Assembly: GCA_965195345.1 (NCBI GenBank)
Contig: OZ239628.1
Span: 320,001 to 384,000, forward strand
Reading direction: 5' to 3'
DNA length: 64,000 nucleotides
From: an uncultured Thiomicrospira sp.
GTDB lineage: Bacteria > Pseudomonadota > Gammaproteobacteria > CAKMZV01
Positions 58,396 to 64,000 of the stretch are shown one piece after another. How positions within the stretch are numbered: position 1 is the stretch's first letter; every line of letters starts with the position of its first letter. The translations under genes were made by a program, and so were the position numbers. The notes beneath the pieces are model-generated. The model worked only from the letters and a program-made list of their open reading frames with translations. It was not told the DNA's origin and searched no databases.

Positions 58396-59283
58396 TTATC
58401 TTTTCTTCTGCTTAATTATTTCTATTGCATCTCTCATATATTGAGGCATGTAAATTGATCTGTGCCAAGCAATTTGGGTTACAGATGTAGGCGACCCTTC
58501 CAATGGTATTAAAATCAAATCAAGGTCTTTATCTTGGGAAAAAGCCATATTGGCAATGATTCCAGCGCCAAAACCAAGGCGCACGTACGTTTTGATTACA
58601 TCTGTATCAGTCGCCGAGAGAACAACGTTAGGGCGGATTTTTTTCTCTTCAAATGCCATTTGGAGAGCTTCTCGCCCAGTAAAGCCCGGCACATAGGTGA
58701 TGACGGGCATCAGATGGAAATCTTCCAAAGAGAGTTTTGTGGCGCTTGCAAATTTATGATCGCGAGGCACAATTGCAGCGTGTTGCCAAGAGTAACAATC
58801 TTTACATATTAAGTTGGAGTGTTTGCCTATTGCTTCGGTACATACACCAATATCTGCCAGTTGATTTTCTAGAATTCGGACAATTTCACTGGGTGAGGTT
58901 TGTTGCATTTTAAGTACTACTTTAGGGTATTTTTTTCTTAAAGTGCGGATTACGTCTGGTAGAAAATATTTAGCTTGAGTGTGGGTTGTTGCAATTCGTA
59001 ACAGACCAGTCTGAGGATCTGACTGGTCTTTTGCCATTTCTACGATATATTTTTCTTCGTGAATTATTTTCCTGCCATGTTCGACGACCTTTTCTCCAAA
59101 TTTGGTTAAATGCAGTAAACGCTTACCGTTACGTTCGAATAAGGGAGAGTTTAATTCATGTTCTAATAACTGAATATAGCGACTAATAGCTGATTGCGCG
59201 GTAAAAAGACTTTCCGCAGTTCTTGTGATATTTAGATCATGTTCTACTAATCGAACCAGTGCTTTTAATTGGGCAAGCTTCAT
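58396..59283 (-). CDS. cysB: CysB/Cbl-family LysR transcriptional regulator
   Basis: N-terminal HTH; LRIATTHTQAKY and DTDVIKTYVRLGFG motifs. Confidence 0.87.
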   Translation of the reverse strand: MKLAQLKALVRLVEHDLNITRTAESLFTAQSAISRYIQLLEHELNSPLFERNGKRLLHLTKFGEKVVEHGRKIIHEEKYIVEMAKDQSDPQTGLLRIATTHTQAKYFLPDVIRTLRKKYPKVVLKMQQTSPSEIVRILENQLADIGVCTEAIGKHSNLICKDCYSWQHAAIVPRDHKFASATKLSLEDFHLMPVITYVPGFTGREALQMAFEEKKIRPNVVLSATDTDVIKTYVRLGFGAGIIANMAFSQDKDLDLILIPLEGSPTSVTQIAWHRSIYMPQYMRDAIEIIKQKKR

Positions 59284-59464
59284 GATTTGAATTCCCGAAG
59301 GTATCTAAAAAAATATTATTATATCTCTTAAATTGATATTGGCGGGATTTTAATTAAATCCCATCTATTCTTTCCTGGGATATATGTCCCGTAATTGACT
59401 TTTAAATTATCTTAAGTATAGTATGCATTGGTCATTTAATTTGAGGTCTATTTAAGAGCGAAAT

Positions 59465-59513
59465 AAAGAAAAGAACATATTTTAATTTTGAATTAAAATA
59501 TGTTCTTTTCTTT
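59465..59513. repeat. Perfect 49-bp palindrome (23-bp arms, 3-nt loop)
   Basis: AAAGAAAAGAACATATTTTAATT-ttg-AATTAAAATATGTTCTTTTCTTT, ending 12 nt before ATG 59526. Confidence 0.95.
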
Positions 59514-59525
59514 GATGGTGCTGCT

Positions 59526-60755
59526 ATGAATGCGTTGATGGATGATTTTCGTGAAAGAATTTATGAGTTGCTTGCTGAACATTCAATAATTATATTTTAT
59601 GGTGCTGGACAATTAGAAAATGCAAAAACGGACTTTGAATTTCTCACGGAATTTGAATTCTTAAGTCTCTATCGTTTACAGGATAATCTAAAGCTCATCC
59701 GAAGTTTACCTGAAATATTGGACTCCAGACATGTGTTAGTAGAAGGACTTGAAGAAAATGCAGAGTTATTTCAACGCCTATGCGAGCGGCATACTGCTAG
59801 TCAGCAATTAGCAGGCGATGCAAATAAGTGCATTTTGATTTCAATGCAAACCAAACAAAGCGTTAAGCGAATTCTCGGAAAAAATGCAGAGGGAGTCCAT
59901 TTTGAGAAAATAACAAAACCCGCGTTAGAAGAGATGCCTATGCAGTATCAGCAACTACCTCTTTGGCAAGTTGTATTGGAAAAGTATCACGAGGAAAAAT
60001 GCGTAAGCGAATATGATTATACGCATCGGTATGAAGCAAAAGAACAAGATTTTTATTGTAAGCGCTTCATCGATTTGGTCTGTTGGAAAGAAATTCGAGG
60101 TGACTCAAAAACAAAATTCTATTTGTTCATGTACATTTGTGCTGTTCAAAGCACGGGCGTTATCAACTACAGTGCGATTGCTCGGCAATGTAACATCACA
60201 TCGAATACGGCAAAATACTGGACAGCGGTACTTGAAGATTACGAAGTTATAACTTTAATAAAACCTTACATTCATGGTTATTCAAAGCGTCTTTTAGCGG
60301 GAAGCAAACTGGTGTTTAATAATACAGCATTACTTTGTTATTTGCTTCAATTGAATCTGGATGAGGTGCTCAATTCTAAGACCACTCGGGTGAAAATTTT
60401 TGCAAATTGGGTAATGAGTGAAATGATCAAATTAAAAAGTAATCGCACAATAAATTGCGATGCAAAAGAAATATATTATTGGTGTGATAGTAAAGGCAGG
60501 CATGCGGATTTAATTATCAGCACCCCAAAGCTTGAAAAAGAAGAGCGGTTTTGCGCCCTGTCAATAGACGCAATGGGCACAGAAAATGACGATGGAAAAG
60601 TAAAGGATCTCATTTATCTTGATAAGATAGCAAAAGGCGCATGCTCAAAGCTCGTATTAATACATGAAGGTGGCCGCTCTAATTTCAAAAATTTGGTGTC
60701 ATTTGTTTCTTGGAGGAATTTGCAAACAGTTTTTGCTGATGGAGTAGTATCCTAA
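59526..60755 (+). CDS. AAA_14/DUF4143-family protein with degenerate ATPase and nuclease motifs and an intact winged-helix region
   Basis: GVINYSAIARQCNITSNTAKYW..LE, KRLLAGSKLVFNNTAL, FANWVMSEMIK and YYWCDSKG match the DUF4143 pattern; Walker A/B are not conserved. Confidence 0.75.
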   Translation: MNALMDDFRERIYELLAEHSIIIFYGAGQLENAKTDFEFLTEFEFLSLYRLQDNLKLIRSLPEILDSRHVLVEGLEENAELFQRLCERHTASQQLAGDANKCILISMQTKQSVKRILGKNAEGVHFEKITKPALEEMPMQYQQLPLWQVVLEKYHEEKCVSEYDYTHRYEAKEQDFYCKRFIDLVCWKEIRGDSKTKFYLFMYICAVQSTGVINYSAIARQCNITSNTAKYWTAVLEDYEVITLIKPYIHGYSKRLLAGSKLVFNNTALLCYLLQLNLDEVLNSKTTRVKIFANWVMSEMIKLKSNRTINCDAKEIYYWCDSKGRHADLIISTPKLEKEERFCALSIDAMGTENDDGKVKDLIYLDKIAKGACSKLVLIHEGGRSNFKNLVSFVSWRNLQTVFADGVVS

Positions 60756-60810
60756 GACAGGTATGTTTTTTAATAAGCAATAGCGTATATTCAACAGTTT
60801 GAGCTACGAT

Positions 60811-60819
60811 TGGTATAAT
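60811..60819 (+). promoter_or_regulatory. Extended -10 promoter for gltB
   Basis: TGGTATAAT followed by GC-rich GCCTGCCC, about 70 nt before the gltB start. Confidence 0.5.
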
Positions 60820-60888
60820 GCCTGCCCTTTTTTGAAAAATACAGGTTGAAAATCAGCCTTCAAATGAATACTAAGATATGGATTATGC

Positions 60889-63800
60889 ATGAATAAGTTC
60901 TGGAAAAATCATCCACTGGAAACTTCACAAGGACTTTACTCGCCTACGTTTGAAAGAGAAAACTGTGGGTTTGGGATGATTGCTAATCTTGATAATACCC
61001 CATCACATAAACTTGTTCAAACGGCGATAAAGTCTTTATCAAGGATGAAGCATCGTGGCGGCTTAGCTGCCGATGGTTGTTCTGGAGATGGTTGTGGATT
61101 ATTGCTTTCGATGCCTGAAGTATTTTTCAAAAGAATTGCTCAAGAAAACAATATACAGTTGACAGAGTTGTTTGCTGTAGGGATGGTTTTTTTAAATAAT
61201 GAAAAATCTTTAGCAGATCAAGCAAAGAAAGAGCTTACACTGCAATTGAAAAAGCGTGGTTTAAGCATGGTTCGATACGTCTCAGTGCGTGTGCGTCCAG
61301 AAGTGTTGGGTGAGCAAGCCTTAGAGAACATGCCAAACATAGAGTACGTGTTTGTTAATGCAAGCGAAGAAATGGATACCGATCACTTCAATAGGCAGTT
61401 GTTCGTTGCAAGGCGGTTTACAGAAATGCAACGATCTGAGGATGAGAAATTTTATGTAGTGACATTGAACGCCCAGACGATTGGCTACAAGGGTTTGGTA
61501 GTGCCTTCTGATTTACCGAAATTCTTTCCAGACTTAAACGAAGAGGACTTCATATCAAGCGTATGCTCTTATCATCAAAGGTTTTCGACAAATACGTTGC
61601 CACAATGGCGACTAGCTCAGCCTTTTCGATTTCTTGCGCATAACGGAGAACTAAACACGATTGATGGCAATCGTATCTGGGCAAATGCTCGGCGTAGCAA
61701 AATGAATTCGCCTATATTGCCTGAAGTAGCTGAATTTGATCCTTTAGTATCAATGACAGGTTCGGATTCAGCCAGTTTGGATAATATGCTTGAAATTTTT
61801 ATGATGGGCGGTAGTGATATTTTTCGCACATTAAAATTGCTAATACCTCCAGCTTGGCAGAATGTAAACACGATGGATGAAAAAATCAAGTTGTTCTTTG
61901 AATTCCACTCTATGCATATGGAACCTTGGGATGGACCAGCGGGATTAGTTATCCACAATGGTGAATATGCAATTTGTGCACTTGATAGAAACGGCTTACG
62001 CCCAACACGATACGTCATTACAAAAGACAGGAATATCACCTTTGCTTCTGAAGTTGGTGTTTATGATTATGCGGCCTCAGATATCATAGAAAAAGGACGT
62101 GTAAAAGCAGGGCAAATGGTTGCAGTTAATTTGAAAAGTGGGCAGTTACTTACATCGGAAGATATCGATAAGCAGGTACTGCAAAACACGCTATATTTTA
62201 ACTGGGTGAAATCAAATGTAGTAGATATTCATGCAGATCATAAGAAAGACGCTGAAATGCTTGATCTTGATAGCGACACAGTACATACTGCGCAAAAATT
62301 ATTTCAAGTAACCTTTGAAGAGCGCGATCAGGTAATACGAGTTCTTGCCGAAGATGGACAGGAAACAACCGCATCAATGGGTGATGATGCGCCGCTGCCA
62401 GTGATGTCAATGAATTCACGTTCATTATTTGATTACTTCCGTCAAGTATTTGCTCAGGTAACTAATCCTGCTATCGATTCTTTACGCGAAACCATTGTTA
62501 TGTCTCTGCAGACTTCTTTTGGAAGCGAATTGAGTTTGTTTGAAAAGCCACACGAGCGTTCGTATCGCATCGTAGTGGACAGCCCCGTATTGTCTCCACA
62601 AGTTTATCATGATGTGCTTAAAGCAACTAATACTGAGGAATCATTAGGTGTTGCTAAGCTAAGCATGCTTTATGATCCTTCAATAGGACTTGAGAGTGCC
62701 GTTGAAAATTTAACGGATAAGGCTGTTGACATGGTTAAAGCCGGCAGAGTTGTTCTATTGATTAGTGATCGTGATATTGAAATTGGGCAGTTAACCATGC
62801 ATGCTGCAATAGCAGTTGGTGCTGTTCATCATCGCTTGATTAAGGAAGGTTTACGCACTGATGCCAATCTTTTAGTTGAGACTGGAAGCACGCGCGATCC
62901 GCATCATTTTGCTGTTTTATTAGGATACGGTGCTACGGCGGTATATCCTTGGTTAGCTTATGAAGCAATTAAAGACATGCAAAACACACGTGAGTTGGAT
63001 AGCAATGTTGATGTGGGTGATTACATTGCAAACTATGTGAAGGGTATCAATAAAGGATTGCTCAAAATCATTTCAAAAATAGGTATTTCAACCATAAGCT
63101 CTTATCGAGGCGCGCAATTATTTGAGGCGATTGGATTAGCCGATGATGTAATCGATTTATGCTTCAAAGGTACGACGAGTCGAATCCAAGGCGCAACCTT
63201 CAAACACTTGCATAATGATCAAATTATTGTGCATAAAATGGCTTTTAATCCAAGAAAAACCATTAGTCAAGGAGGGCTTTTTAAATATGTTTATGGCGGA
63301 GAAGACCATGCATTTAGCCCTGAAGTGGTTGACTCTTTGCGCAAAGCGGTGCAGTTTAAAGATCAACAAGCGTATGATAAATTCTCCGAATTAGTTGATT
63401 CACGCAAACCTTTGGTTTTAAGGGACTTGCTTCGATTGAAAGAAGGCAAATCAATACCACTCGAAGAAGTGGAATCGATCGAGATGATTATTAAACGTTT
63501 TGATTCAGCAGGTATTTCAATGGGCGCACTATCGCCTGAAGCACATGAATCTTTAGCTATTGCAATGAATCGACTGGGCGCACGCTCAAATTCGGGAGAA
63601 GGTGGTGAAGATCCAAAACGCTTTGGTACTGAGAAAGGCTCAAAAATAAAACAAGTTGCATCAGGTCGTTTTGGGGTTACACCGCACTATTTAGTAAGCG
63701 CTGAAGTGTTACAGATTAAAATTTCTCAAGGAGCAAAGCCAGGGGAAGGGGGACAATTGCCGGGGCATAAGGTTGATTCTTACATCGGCAAGTTACGATA

Positions 63801-64000
63801 CTCAAGTGAAGGGGTCACGTTGATCTCACCTCCACCGCATCATGACATCTATTCTATTGAGGATCTGGCACAATTAATTTATGATTTAAAGCAAGTCAAC
63901 CCAGATGCTTTGGTTTCGGTTAAATTGGTCGCAGCACCTGGCGTTGGTACTGTTGCAGCAGGTGTTGCAAAAACCTATGCTGATATGATTACGATATCCG
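60889..64000 (+). CDS. gltB: Glutamate synthase large subunit, 3'-truncated by the window (absent from the ORF track)
   Basis: MNKFW...GLYSPTFERENCGFG (catalytic Cys), HRGG, HQRFSTNT, AHNGELNT, EPWDGPA, QVTNP, NSGEGGED, KQVASGRFGV and SPPPHHDIYSIEDL. Confidence 0.97.
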   Translation, partial: MNKFWKNHPLETSQGLYSPTFERENCGFGMIANLDNTPSHKLVQTAIKSLSRMKHRGGLAADGCSGDGCGLLLSMPEVFFKRIAQENNIQLTELFAVGMVFLNNEKSLADQAKKELTLQLKKRGLSMVRYVSVRVRPEVLGEQALENMPNIEYVFVNASEEMDTDHFNRQLFVARRFTEMQRSEDEKFYVVTLNAQTIGYKGLVVPSDLPKFFPDLNEEDFISSVCSYHQRFSTNTLPQWRLAQPFRFLAHNGELNTIDGNRIWANARRSKMNSPILPEVAEFDPLVSMTGSDSASLDNMLEIFMMGGSDIFRTLKLLIPPAWQNVNTMDEKIKLFFEFHSMHMEPWDGPAGLVIHNGEYAICALDRNGLRPTRYVITKDRNITFASEVGVYDYAASDIIEKGRVKAGQMVAVNLKSGQLLTSEDIDKQVLQNTLYFNWVKSNVVDIHADHKKDAEMLDLDSDTVHTAQKLFQVTFEERDQVIRVLAEDGQETTASMGDDAPLPVMSMNSRSLFDYFRQVFAQVTNPAIDSLRETIVMSLQTSFGSELSLFEKPHERSYRIVVDSPVLSPQVYHDVLKATNTEESLGVAKLSMLYDPSIGLESAVENLTDKAVDMVKAGRVVLLISDRDIEIGQLTMHAAIAVGAVHHRLIKEGLRTDANLLVETGSTRDPHHFAVLLGYGATAVYPWLAYEAIKDMQNTRELDSNVDVGDYIANYVKGINKGLLKIISKIGISTISSYRGAQLFEAIGLADDVIDLCFKGTTSRIQGATFKHLHNDQIIVHKMAFNPRKTISQGGLFKYVYGGEDHAFSPEVVDSLRKAVQFKDQQAYDKFSELVDSRKPLVLRDLLRLKEGKSIPLEEVESIEMIIKRFDSAGISMGALSPEAHESLAIAMNRLGARSNSGEGGEDPKRFGTEKGSKIKQVASGRFGVTPHYLVSAEVLQIKISQGAKPGEGGQLPGHKVDSYIGKLRYSSEGVTLISPPPHHDIYSIEDLAQLIYDLKQVNPDALVSVKLVAAPGVGTVAAGVAKTYADMITIS

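Noticed and set aside
61617-63369. Minus-strand ORFs 61617-62039, 62198-62425 and 63157-63369
   Set aside because: They are antisense shadows of gltB, which the track omitted because it runs off the window.

Overview
A 64-kb chromosomal window from an AT-rich (about 40% GC by eye) Gammaproteobacterium, probably marine. It is mostly housekeeping and nutrient-scavenging genes. In order: the 3' 8.6 kb of a giant Calx-beta/Ca-binding surface protein with a Gly-rich, Cys-containing C-terminal sorting signal; a tRNA-Tyr/Gly/Thr cluster followed by a ~1.65-kb decayed prophage remnant bounded by a duplicated tRNA-Thr 3' end; epmA, a TorF-like porin, uppP, comM, a PDZ/repeat lipoprotein and trmL; a polyamine-type and a basic-amino-acid ABC transporter; a TMEM260/DUF2723-like glycosyltransferase with TPRs; katA, mfd, a SulP transporter with a long structured leader and prkB; rpmH-rnpA-yidC-mnmE (no dnaA, no yidD); rsmI/lpoA/yraN; a putrescine/agmatine uptake and catabolism operon; a purine ABC transporter with xdhC; cysB; a catalytically degenerate AAA_14/DUF4143 protein preceded by a perfect 49-bp palindrome; and the 5' part of gltB. 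I found no CRISPR array, integrase, reverse transcriptase or complete defence system. The best novelty candidates are the dead AAA/nuclease wHTH protein with its palindrome, the SulP leader RNA, two head-to-head gene overlaps, the PDZ beta-solenoid lipoprotein and the GT-C transferase. Family assignments come from recognising motifs by eye, with no database searches.
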